A stretch of 64,000 nt of DNA from Deltaproteobacteria bacterium (GTDB lineage: Bacteria; Myxococcota_A; UBA9160; UBA4427). The position numbers and the translations under genes were made by a program. Positions 1 to 9,575 of this stretch are shown here, piece by piece; the stretch's first letter is position 1, and every line of letters begins with the position of its first letter. The notes below the pieces were generated by a model. The model made no database searches and was not told the origin of the DNA. It saw only the letters and a list, made by a program, of their open reading frames with translations. The stretch covers positions 98,778 to 162,777 of the forward strand of contig JADJOR010000009.1 of the NCBI GenBank assembly GCA_016713665.1. The letters run 5' to 3'.

Positions 1-1010
1 GCCGACGCAGAGAGCACGTCGACGTCCCCGTCCCCATCAGGTCGGCAGCGAACACCGACTGGGCGTCGTCAGCCAACGCCGTGATGACCTGCTGCGGACC
101 GAAGCTCCTGATCCGTCCGTGTTCGCATACCAGGCGATCTCGTCGTCCCCCGCCGACGCAGAGAGCACGTCGACATCCCCGTCCCCATCCACGTCGGCGG
201 CGAAGACCGATGTGGCGGCGATGGCGAGCGTCGTGATGATCTGCTGCGGCCCGAAGCTCCCGAGCCCGTCCGTGTTTTCGTACCAGGCGATCTCGTCGTC
301 GAAGCGCGGACGCGGAGAGCATCGACGTCCCCGTCCCCGTCCACATCCGCAGCGAAGACCGAGCGGGCCGAATCGGCGAGCGTCGTGATGATCTGCTGCG
401 ACCCGAAGCTCCCTGAGCCCGTCCGTGTTCGCATACCAGCCGATCTCGTCGTCCCCCGCTGACGCAGAGAGAACGTCGACGTCCCCGTCCCCGTCCACGT
501 CGACGGCGAAGACCGATGTGGCACCGTCGGCGAGCGTCGTGATGATCTGCTGCGGCCCGAAGCTCCCGAGGCCGTCGGTGTTGGCATACCACGCGATCTC
601 GTCGTCGCTCTCGGAAGCCGAGCACATCGACGTCCCCGTCCCCGTCGACATCGGCGGCGAAGACCGATGTGGCACCGTCGGCGAGTGTCGTGATCGTCTG
701 CGGCCCGAAGCTCCCGAGTCCGTTCGTGTTCTCGTACCAGGCGATCCCGGTCGTCGTCCCCGCGAGGCGCCGAGCGCGTCCGCATCGCCGTCGCCATCCA
801 CGTCGGTCGCGATGACCGACGCTGCGCCATCGGCCAGCGTCGTGATGATCCGCTGCGGACCGAAGCTCCCAAGCCCGTTCGTGTTGGCGTGCCAGGCAAC
901 CTCGTCGTCGACGAGCGACGCCGTGAGGACGTCGAGGTCGCCGTCCCGTCGAGGTCACCCGTCGAGACGGCGACGGCCTGGTCGGCGAGCGTCGAGATCA
1001 GCTGCTGCGG
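1..1010 (-). repeat. Tandem 153-bp (51-codon) FG-GAP coding repeat, distal block carrying indels
   Basis: The plus-strand anchor GATCTCGTCGTC (complement of DDEI) occurs at 136, 289, 442 and 595, exactly 153 nt apart. Equivalent anchors follow at 743 and 888, spaced 148 and 145 nt. Confidence 0.8.
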
Positions 1011-1419
1011 ACCGAAGACACCGCTTGCGATCTCCTCGCCATCGAGGAGCCCATCGTCGTCGCTGTCGGGATCGTTCACTGCCGTCCCGACCGCCTGTTC
1101 GAAGGCGTTGCCGAGCCATCGGCGTCCGCATCGTCGGCGCCGTCGACCTTCCCATTGGCGTTCTGGTCTCGAAGGGTCGGCGCGAATCCGTTCGTGACCT
1201 CGAAGCTGTCGAGCAGCCCATCCCCGTCGCTGTCCACCGCGAGGGGGTTCGTCGCGTGCACATTCACCTCGGCGGCATCCGAGAGGCCATCATCATCGCT
1301 GTCCGGGTCGGCGGGTCCGTATCGTGTGTGTTCACCTCGGCGCCGTCCGAGACCGTCGTCGTCGCTGTCCGGATCGCGCGGGTCCGTGGCGTGGGTGTTC
1401 ACCTCGGGCGCGTCGAAGG

Positions 1420-2460
1420 CCCGTCTTCGTCGCTGTCGGCATCAAGCGGGTCGGCCAGATTGCGGTTCTCGTACCAGGCGACTTCATCCGTCCAGCTCGA
1501 GGCCGAGAGCACGTCCACGTCGCCGTCGCCGTCGAGATCCGACGCGATGGCAGGCGCAACGTCGAACGCCGGCATCGCGATCGCCCGCTGCGGCCCGAAG
1601 CTCCCCGCGCCGTCCGTGTTCTCGTACCAGGCGATGGGTCCGGTCGCGACCGAGCTCGAAAGCACGTCCAGGTCGCCGTCGCCGTCCATGTCGACGGCGA
1701 CGACGGATTGGGCCCGGTCGGCGAGCGTCGTGATGATCTGCTGCGGGCCGAAGCTCCCGAGCCCGTCCGTGTTGGCATACCACGCGATCTCATCGTCGTT
1801 CTCCGATGCCGACAAGACATCGACGTCTCCGTCCCCATCCAGGTCGGCGGCGGAGACGGATCGCGCAGCATCGGCCAGCGTCGTGATGATCTGTTGCGGC
1901 CCGAAGCTTCCCGCGCCATCCGTGTTCGCGTACCACGCGATCTCGTCGTCGATGAGCGACGCCGACAGCACGTCGACGTCGCCGTCCCCGTCGACATCGG
2001 CAGCGAAGACGGATCGCGCACTATCGGCCAACGTGGAAATGATCTGCTGCGGCCCGAAGCTCCCCGCCCCATCCGTGTTTTCGTACCACGCGATCTCGTC
2101 GTCGAGTCGCGAGGCCGAAAGGACGTCGACGTCGCCGTCTCCGTCGACGTCGGCGGTGGCGATCGCAAACGGAAAATCAGCCAGCGTCGAGATGATCCGC
2201 TGCGGCCCGAAGCTCCCCGCCCCGTTCGTATTTTCGTACCAGGCGATCTCGTCGTCGGTCGCCGAAGCCGAGAGCACGTCGAAGTCGCCGTCTCCGTCGA
2301 CGTCGGCGGAGATGAGCGTTTGCGGGCCGTCGGCGAGCGTCGAGATCGTCTGCTTCGGCCCGAAGCTCCCCAGTCCGTCCGTATTCGCGTACCAGGCGAT
2401 CTCGTCGTTGGCGACCGAAGCGGAGCAAGTACGTCCATGTCCCCGTCGCCGTCCAGGTCG
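1420..2460 (-). repeat. Tandem 153-bp (51-codon) FG-GAP coding repeat, proximal block, in frame
   Basis: Equivalent anchors at 1480, 1633, 1786, 1939, 2092, 2245 and 2398 are all exactly 153 nt apart. They are translated cleanly in ORF 1399-2277 and its open upstream extension. Confidence 0.85.
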
Positions 2461-3697
2461 GACGCGAACACGGCCTCGACGAAGTCGGCGAGTGTCGTGA
2501 CGACCCGCGGCGCACCGAAGGTCCCCCTTCCCTGCTCCGCAGCGTCCGTCAGTCCATCGCCGTCGCTATCGACGTCGCCGAGATCCGTTCGGGCCGCGAT
2601 TTCGACGAGGTCCGCCAGGCCGTCGCCATCGCGGTCGACGTCGTCCTCGCTCGGATCGTTCGCCTGGCTGCAGCCGCCGTCGCCGCCGGCGAAGTCGACG
2701 AGAGGCCATCGCCGTCGTTGTCGATGCCGTCGCGACAGGCCTGCGGCCCGATCGCGAAAGCGCACGTACGGATAGCGGCCCCGACCGACGCTCGAGGTCT
2801 GCCCATCGCCGAAGTTGACGCGCTGGAGCGGCGACACGATGCCGCTCATCGCTCGCCACCTCGACGCCATCGACGAAGACGTCCGCCGTCGTGCCGTCGC
2901 CCGCGATCTCGATCAGGAAGTAGTCGGTTCGGCCCGTCTGAAGCGGCGGCAGCGTCGCCGATCCAGCGCCCTAAAACGACATCAGCGTACCGCCCACGGC
3001 GTTCGACCCGAAGCTCACGAACCAGCGGTTGGTCCCGTCCGCCACCTCGAGGACGATGTTCGCGTCGACGGCGTCCGCGAGATCGACGACGCGCATGCGC
3101 GCCGCGAGCGTCCACGACATGCCCGGGCCGGGACCCGCGAGGCGGTAGCGATTGCGCGCGCCGATGTTCTCGACCTGCCAGGCCGCGACACCGGGAAATT
3201 CGGGGTCGGATCCGATCGGCGAGGCGCCGGCCGTACCGTCGCCGGGCTCCGTGATGAAGCCCTCGGTCAGCGGGTCGGTGCGGCCGTAGTGGGTCTGCGC
3301 GTGGGCAGCGCCCACCCCTGCGAGGGAATCGATCAGGAGTGCCCGGCGAGAATCAGTGTGGCCGGAGAAAGGAGCGACCTACCACTCTTGTACTTCGACA
3401 TCGTCCCATTATGAAGCATCTGCTTCTTTCCTCGATCGTCGAATACAGCACACAGGCCATTCGACGGCCAGAATGAACATTCGGTCGCAGGAAAGTTGCG
3501 AATGATCTGCGCCGCCGATGCGTCCGCGCGACCCTGGAGCGGTCGACCGGCCCCCGACGTCCCGAGAGCCCCATCGCTCCGGTCCCTCCCTCGTGCAGCG
3601 GATTCCTATAGCATTGCCCCTCGAGGCTGATCTCGTGCACCGATCGACGTCCGATCGGGCCCCGCGCGTCGCCGCGCCGCGCGAGAATCGACCCCGC

Positions 3698-5845
3698 ATG
3701 TCTCGCCGAAGGAGTCCCGACGTGACGACCATCCCCCGCCATCTCCTCGCCCCCGGCCGCATCGGCAGCATGACGACGAAGAACCGCATCGTGGTGACCG
3801 CCATGGGCGTGAGCTTCGCCGACGAGGACGGCGCGGCGGGCGATCGCCCTGTTGCCTATCACGAGCGCCACGCCGAAGGCGGCGCCGGCCTCGTCGTCGT
3901 CGGGGTCACCGGCGTCGCGCATCCGGTCGGTGCCGTCATCCCGAACCAGACGAGCCTCTCCCAGGATCGCTTCATCCCCGGCCTGCGGCGCATCGCCGAG
4001 GTCGCTCATCGCCACGGCGCGAAGGTCGCGGTCCAGCTCCACCACGGCGGCGTCGTCGCCGGGTACTCGACGCGCCTGGGCCAGTCCTCTGACGCCGGCC
4101 ATGCCGAAGGCGCCTTCCGGGGATTTCGGCACGCTCTTCTTTCCCGAAGAGCTCGCCTCGTTCATGGGCGGCGAGCGACCGACCCTGAAGGTCATGACGG
4201 AGGAGGACATCGCGGTCGTCGTCGGTCAGTTCGCGGCCGCGGCGCGCCGCGCCCAGGAGGCCGGGATCGACGCCGTCGAGATCCACGGGGGCCACGGCTA
4301 CCTGATCGACGCCTTCCTCTCCCCCTCGTCGAATACGCGCACCGACGGCTACGGCGGCAATCTCGCCGGCCGCGCGCGGCTCTACCTCGAGATCCTGGCG
4401 GCTGTACGCAAGGCGGTCGGGCCCGACTTCCCGATCATCTGCAAGCTCAATGCACGCGAGGTCGGAAAGCACGACGGCGTCACCTTCGAGATCGCGGTCG
4501 AGACCGCGCGCCTGCTCGAGCAGGCCGGGGCCGACGCGATCACGGCGAGCGCCTATCACGACGTCGGCGTCGGGAAGCTCCACTCCGAATCGAACATCCC
4601 CCACGTCCCGAACACGAACGTCCCCGGCGCCGCGACGGTGAAGCGCGCCGTCGGGATCCCCGTCATCGCCTCGGGCCGCATCGAGTTCGACGACGCCGAT
4701 CGGAGCATCGCGGAGAAGGCCTGCGACTTCGTGGCCTTCGGCCGCAAGATCCTGGCGGATCCCGCGTTTCCGAAGAAGCTCGCCGCGGGCTCCGCCGAGG
4801 ACGTCCGGCCCTGCATCTACTGTTATACCTGCGTCAGCGCGATCTACCTGCGCCAGAAGGGGCGCTGCGCCGTCAATCCCGAGACCGGCTTCGAGTTCGT
4901 CGAGCAGGCCCGCCCCGCCGCCCGCGACGGCGCGTCGTCGTGGTCGGCAGCGGTCCGGCGGGTCTCGAGGCCGCGCGCCGCCTCGACGAACGCGGCCACG
5001 ATGTCGTGCTCCTCGAAAAGGACGAGCGGCTCGGCGGGACGCTGCGCGTCGCGTCGCTGCCCTACGAGCCGAACAACCGGCTCCTCGACTGGCTGATCGC
5101 CGAGGTCGGGAAGAGCGCGGTCGATGTCCGCCTCTCGACGCAGGCGACGCCCGAGACGATCCGCGCGCTCGCCCCCGACGTCGTCGTCGTCGCGACCGGC
5201 GCCGTCCGCGCGCTGCCCGATATTCCGGGCAAAGACCAGCCGATCGTCTTCAGCGGCGACGATCTGCGCGCGATGCTCTCGGGCCGCATGACGGAGGACC
5301 TGAAGCGGAAGACGTCCTGGCTCGATCGCGTGTCGAGCAAGGTCGGCGCCGCGACGGGGCTTTCGGGCAGTCCCGAGATGCTGCGCGCGGCGACGCGCGC
5401 CTACATGCCGCTCGGCAAGCAGATCGTGATCCTCGGCGGCGAGCTCGTCGGCCTCGAGCTCGCGGAGTTCCTGACCGAGCGCGGTCGCCAGGTCACCGTC
5501 GTCGACGACGAGCCGATGCTCGGCGCCGGGCTGACCGTCGTCCGCCGCATGCGCATCATCGCCGAGCTGCGCGAGCACGGCGTCGCGCTCTTCCCCGGCG
5601 CCTCGCAGATCCGGATCGAGTCCGACGGCGTCCTCTGCGTCGACGCCGAAGGTCGACGCCAGCGCTTCGCCGCGGACCAGGTCATCGTCGCCAAGGGCAC
5701 CCACGAAGATCGCGTGCTCGCCGAGTCGCTGCGTGCCGCGGGCTTCGCCGTCGTCGAGGCCGGCGACGGCCTCGAGGTCAAGTACATCGAAGGCGCGATC
5801 CGGGGCGCGTGGGACGCGGTCGAGGCGGTCGAGACCGGGCGCTGA
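3698..5845 (+). pseudogene. NADH:flavin oxidoreductase / 2,4-dienoyl-CoA reductase (FadH)-like, OYE TIM barrel + FAD/NAD(P) domain, with two opposite-sign frameshifts
   Basis: The N-terminal segment (RIGSMTTKNRIVVTAMG..AKVAVQLHHGG) is in the frame of ORF 3518-5845. The middle (EIHGGHGYLIDAFLSPSSNTRTDGYGG .. CIYCYTCVSAIYLRQKGRCAVNP, a FadH-type Cys cluster) is only in the frame of ORF 3852-5096. The C-terminal segment (RRVVVVGSGPAGLEAARRLDERGHDVVLLEK..) returns to the first frame. The switches lie near 4070-4095 and 4915-4935. Confidence 0.6.
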
Positions 5846-5870
5846 AGCCGAACGGTGGTCGGGCCGTTCG

Positions 5871-6962
5871 TCAGTTGCCCCCGTCCATCCGGATGACGCT
5901 CCGCGCGACCGACCCCGATCGCAGCGCCTCGAACCCGTCGTTGATCTCGTCGAGCCGGATCCAGCGCGAAACGAGCTCGTCGAGCTTGAGCCGGCCCTGG
6001 AGGTAGAGGTTCGCCTAGGTCGGCATGTCGATGCGGAAGCAGGTCGAGCCCATCGACGAGCCCTGGATGCGCCGCTCGGAGAGCAGCTCGACGGCGTGGA
6101 GCTCGAGCTGGGTCCCGATCGGGATCATGCCGATCACCGTCGCCGTCCCCCCGACGCCCAGCATGCGGAAGCATTGCTCGGCGGTCTGCTTGAGCCCGAC
6201 GGCCTCGATCGCGTGGTCGACGCCGCCCTTGGTCAGCTCGACGACCTGGGCGACGGGATCGGAGGCGCTCGCGTCGATCGTGTCGGTCGCGCCGAAGAGG
6301 GTCGCGAGCTCGAGCTTCCCGCGGAGGCGATCGACGGCGATGATGCGCTCGGCGCCGGCGAGGCGCGCGCCCTGGATCGCGTTGAGGCCGATGCCGCCGC
6401 AGCCGACGACGGCGACGGTGTCGCCGGGGCCGACCTTCGCGGTGTTCTGCGCGGCGCCGACGCCGGTCACGACGCTGCAGCCGAGCAGCGCCGCCTTCTC
6501 GAGCGGGAGCTCCTTCGTGATCTTCACGACGGCCTTCTCGTGGACCAGCATCTGCTCCGCATAGCAGGAGAGCTCGAAGTACTGATGGACCGTCGCGCCG
6601 TCGCGGCTGAGCCTCGGCCTCTCGCCGGGGCTGCGCACGAGGCCTTCGTGGGCGCAGAGGTGCGAGCGACCGCGCAGGCATTGCCGGCAGGATCCGCAGG
6701 CCATCGAGACGCACGTCACGACGTGATCGCCCGGCACGACGTAACGCACGTTCGAGCCGACCGCCTCGACGACCCCCGACGCCTCGTGCCCGAGGACCGT
6801 CGGACAGGCGCAGGGGTATTTGCCTTCCTGGAAGTGGAGGTCGCTGTGGCAGATGCCCGAGGCGACGGTCCGGATCAGGACCTCGTCCGGACCCGGCTTG
6901 TCGACCTGGACCTCGAGAATCTCGAGGGGCTTTCCGACTTCGGTGAGGACGGCGGCGCGCAT
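5871..6962 (-). pseudogene. Zn-dependent alcohol dehydrogenase (MDR family) interrupted by in-frame TAG at 6015-6017
   Basis: MRAAVLTEVGKPLEILEV..GICHSDLH..GHEASGVVEAVG..CGSCRQCLRG..VAVVGCGGIGL. AAGGAG sits upstream of ATG 6962. After ..FRIDMPT the codon is TAG, yet the same frame continues ANLYLQGRLKLDELVSRWIRLDEINDGFEALRSGSVARSVIRMDGGN to TGA 5871-5873. That is the normal C-terminus of this family (363 codons in total). Confidence 0.65.
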
Positions 6963-6996
6963 GGCGATCTCCTTGGGTGGAGCGCCGAGTATGCCG

Positions 6997-8352
6997 TCAT
7001 TGCGGGGGCAGCGGCCAGCGCGTCTGCTCGATGGCCGCATCCTCCGGTCTCAGCTCGCCGGCCTCGACGGCGCGCCGTCGCGCCGCGGCGCGACGCGCGC
7101 GATGGGTCGCCTCGTCGGGGTAGAGCTGCCGCAGGAGCGCGGCGTCGAAGGGGATCGTCGAGCCCGAGAGCGAGAGCGTGCCATCGACCGCGAGGCCCGA
7201 GTGGCGCGCGAGCGGGACCTCGACGTCGGGCAGGCGGACTCCGCCGAGGGCCAGGCCGAGCGCGTCGCGGCGGATGAGAGGCTTGCCGTCGGGGGCCTCG
7301 TCGAACTCGATCCGCGGCTGGATCGGCGGCGCGGTCCCCTCGGCGAGCCAGCGCTGGACGTGTCGAAGGACCGACGAGCGGACCTCGTCGAGCCGGAGCA
7401 CGTTCGCGTCGGGCGGTGTCCCGATCCGGCTCTCGTTGGTTCCGAGGTCCCGCGGCCAGCTCGACGGGATCCGCTCGGTGCCCCGCTCGCGCGACGAATG
7501 GGCGACGCCCGCGACCTCCCAGTAGCGATAGCGATCGGTGTCGGGCTGGCGAACGGGATGGTGAAGCGTCGACTCCGACTCGGAGTTCAGGACGAAGACG
7601 GGGATGTCGAGGTCGTCGCGGAGGCGATGCGCGCCCGGCGGCATCTGCGTCACGGCCGCGGCGATCTGAGACGGATCGCGGACGGTCGACGGCGGGGGCT
7701 GCAGCGCGGATCCGTTCCCGAAATAGATGTCGAGGATGCACGCATCGAGGGCGCGGGAGAGCGGCTGGATCGCGTTCAGGTAGGTCGCGAGATACACCGC
7801 CGACTGCGACGCGCCGACGCCGATCACGCGGCGGGCCGCGAAGCCGAGCGCACCGCTGCGGGCGATCCGCGCGGCCTGCGTATAGATGTCGTAGGACGCC
7901 TCGTCCCCGGGAATCGAGAGCGTGCCGTATCGCTCGGGATCCCAGACGACGAGTCCCGGCGTCGCGCCGCCGGGATAGCCGTGGACACCGTGCGCCTGGG
8001 CGCTGACTGCGACGAGCGCGAATCCGCCGTCATAGAGCTCGGCGCTCTCGCCGACGATCAGATCGAAGCCGTGGGACACGTTGTTCCAGAGCAGGCAGGC
8101 GCTGCCGTTCCAGCGTGCCGGATCGATCGGACGACGGACGAGCATCCGCGACCGGAACGGGAGCACCCCCGCGACCTCGGCTTCCCAGCGGCCGTCCCAC
8201 GTGCGATCGGATCCGCTCCGATGGCGATAGGTGGCGGCCTCGCCCTCGAAGAACCACTCCTCTTCGGCATAGCCGACGGCTGCGAGATCGAAGGCGGCAG
8301 CCGCGAACGGCCAGCCCCGAACGCCCCCCGAAACGGGTCCCATCGGCTTCAT
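6997..8352 (-). CDS. Conserved hypothetical protein, alpha/beta-hydrolase-like
   Basis: Intact 451-aa ORF starting MKPMGPVSGG. It has a nucleophile-elbow-like VIGVGASQSAVYLATY. Its ATG overlaps the stop of the upstream SnoaL-like gene (ATGA at 8349-8352). Family assignment is by eye only. Confidence 0.55.
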   Translation of the reverse strand: MKPMGPVSGGVRGWPFAAAAFDLAAVGYAEEEWFFEGEAATYRHRSGSDRTWDGRWEAEVAGVLPFRSRMLVRRPIDPARWNGSACLLWNNVSHGFDLIVGESAELYDGGFALVAVSAQAHGVHGYPGGATPGLVVWDPERYGTLSIPGDEASYDIYTQAARIARSGALGFAARRVIGVGASQSAVYLATYLNAIQPLSRALDACILDIYFGNGSALQPPPSTVRDPSQIAAAVTQMPPGAHRLRDDLDIPVFVLNSESESTLHHPVRQPDTDRYRYWEVAGVAHSSRERGTERIPSSWPRDLGTNESRIGTPPDANVLRLDEVRSSVLRHVQRWLAEGTAPPIQPRIEFDEAPDGKPLIRRDALGLALGGVRLPDVEVPLARHSGLAVDGTLSLSGSTIPFDAALLRQLYPDEATHRARRAAARRRAVEAGELRPEDAAIEQTRWPLPPQ

Positions 8353-8747
8353 CGCGCGTCTCCCTCCGGATCCGCCCGGACCTCGACGTCCTCGGGGCCC
8401 CAATAACCTTCGAGGCGGATGATGCGACCCTGCTCGTCGAGGCGCACGGTATCGAGCGAGCGGGTCTTGCGGAGCTTTCCGTCGAAGCGGGTGATGACGG
8501 TGAAGGCCATGGCGGCCGCCAGACCGTGGGATCCACGGATCGGTGTCGAGAGCTCGAGTCGGGCGCGCATCTCGGCTGCGCGCCGGAACCAGGCGGCGAT
8601 CTCGGCGCCGCGCTTCTCCGGCGTGCCGACCGGATCCTCGATCACCGCGTCGGGCGCGAACAGCGCGATCACGGCGTCGGCGTCGCCGGCGTTCAGTCCG
8701 TCGACGTAGGCCTGGAGCACGGCCTTCATGCGATCCTGCGAGATCAT
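8349..8747 (-). CDS. SnoaL/ketosteroid-isomerase-like (NTF2 fold) protein
   Basis: 132 aa: MKAVLQAYVDGLNAGDADAVIALFAPDAVIEDPVG..IIRLEGYWGPEDV, a typical steroid delta-isomerase-like pattern. Confidence 0.7.
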   Translation of the reverse strand: MISQDRMKAVLQAYVDGLNAGDADAVIALFAPDAVIEDPVGTPEKRGAEIAAWFRRAAEMRARLELSTPIRGSHGLAAAMAFTVITRFDGKLRKTRSLDTVRLDEQGRIIRLEGYWGPEDVEVRADPEGDAR

Positions 8748-8960
8748 CGGAGCCTCCTGCGCCGTAGTCCGAGCCGGGGCGCGTTGCGCACGGCGCTCAT
8801 TCTACCGATGAGGTGCCGCTCCGCGGTGGGGCCGGGGCCGCGCTCGACGCCGACGCTCAAGTCCCGGCGCCCGCCGTGCCGATTCGGCCTTCGGATCCAT
8901 CCGCCTCCGTGAGGTCCGTCGTCGGCCCCGAGCCGAGGCCTCGCATCCCGGGAGTCCAGC

Positions 8961-9575
8961 ATGCGTCTGGTCGTGATCGTAGTCGTCGTTCTGGCTCTCG
9001 TCGGCGCGACGGGGTACGCCTGGAAGGGCGATGGCGGGCGGACCGCGAGCGCCGCGGGTTCGCCTGAAGCAGAAGCAGAAGCAGAAGCACAAGCAGAAGT
9101 CGCGGACGCGGAGGCGGGGGTGGCGGCCGTGGCAGCCGCGTCGTCGACGTCCGTCGTGTATCAGTGGGTCGACGACCGGGGCTCGGTTCATTTCGCCGGG
9201 TCCCTCGACGAGGTCCCGGCGGACTGGCGCTCGCGCGCCGGCCAGATCGAGCTCGACGCCTCCGTGCTCTCGCGGACGACCGCCGCACCGGCGGCGAGCT
9301 CGGGCGGTGCGCGCGGCGCCGTCGAGGTCGCCGCTGAGCAGCCGGCCCACGACGTCACGGTCTACACGGCGCCCTGGTGTGGCTGGTGTCGCAAGACGCT
9401 CGCGTTCCTGGACGAGGCCGGTGTCGATTACGTCAACAAGGACATCGAGGCCGACGTCCGCTGGGCCGAGGAGCTCCGCGAGAAGACCGGCGGGAATGCG
9501 ATCCCCCTCGTCGAAATCGACGGCTCCAGGATCCGGGGATTCGATCCGGACCAGATGACGTCGCTGCTGGATTAG
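8961..9575 (+). CDS. DUF4124-like domain fused to glutaredoxin-like thioredoxin-fold domain, N-terminal membrane anchor
   Basis: N-terminal TM helix MRLVVIVVVVLALVGATGYAW, an (EA)n linker, VVYQWVDDRGSVHFAGSLDEVP (DUF4124-like), then VTVYTAPWCGWCRKTLAFLDEAGVDYVNKDI..IPLVEIDGSRIRGF (CxxC glutaredoxin). Confidence 0.7.
   Translation: MRLVVIVVVVLALVGATGYAWKGDGGRTASAAGSPEAEAEAEAQAEVADAEAGVAAVAAASSTSVVYQWVDDRGSVHFAGSLDEVPADWRSRAGQIELDASVLSRTTAAPAASSGGARGAVEVAAEQPAHDVTVYTAPWCGWCRKTLAFLDEAGVDYVNKDIEADVRWAEELREKTGGNAIPLVEIDGSRIRGFDPDQMTSLLD
9066..9099 (+). repeat. Hexanucleotide microsatellite (GAAGCA)n inside the DUF4124-Grx gene
   Basis: GAAGCA x4, then CAAGCA, then GAAG. It encodes the EAEAEAEAQAE linker. 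Confidence 0.9.

Larger units (their letters stand above)
1..3401 (-). pseudogene. Secreted adhesin-type protein (LamG-like + CxDGxDNDGDG motif + FG-GAP/VCBS repeats + thrombospondin-type-3-like repeats), frame broken many times; 3' end lies outside the window
   Basis: The conserved peptide can only be followed by hopping between all three minus frames. It starts at ATG 3401 (MSKYKSGRSLLSPATLILAG, signal-like). It continues in ORF 2971-3315 (LamG/ConA-like), which ends at in-frame TAG 2971-2973; the same frame then reads GAGSATLPPLQTGRTDYFLIEIAGDG. Next come ORFs 1332-2870 and 2549-2806 (ACRDGIDNDGDGL / VDFAGGDGGCSQ), ORF 1399-2277 (clean DDEIAWYxNTDGxGSFGPQ..DVDGDGDVDVLSAS units), ORF 1076-1402 (DPDSDDDGL repeats), and ORFs 69-1079 and 37-801 (further FG-GAP units in alternating frames). 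Confidence 0.6.

Noticed and set aside
425-2500. 691-aa plus-strand ORF with periodic STSPSPSTS repeats
   Set aside because: Its periodicity is the antisense mirror of the DGDGDVDV FG-GAP repeat on the minus strand. The minus-strand reading carries the recognisable family sequence.
4070-4935. Programmed ribosomal frameshifting in the OYE/FadH-like gene
   Set aside because: Two opposite-sign shifts 830 nt apart would be required. I saw no slippery heptamer or downstream structure at either junction, and neighbouring genes are also damaged.
2971-6017. In-frame TAG codons as evidence of amber reassignment or pyrrolysine
   Set aside because: TAG is the ordinary terminator of at least eight intact genes here (ends at 9575, 33144, 35810, 40070, 51358, 53129, 55658 and 59398). 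No pyl genes or tRNA are in the window. Both TAGs sit in the same 7-kb block that also carries many frameshifts. Nonsense mutation or sequence error is more parsimonious.
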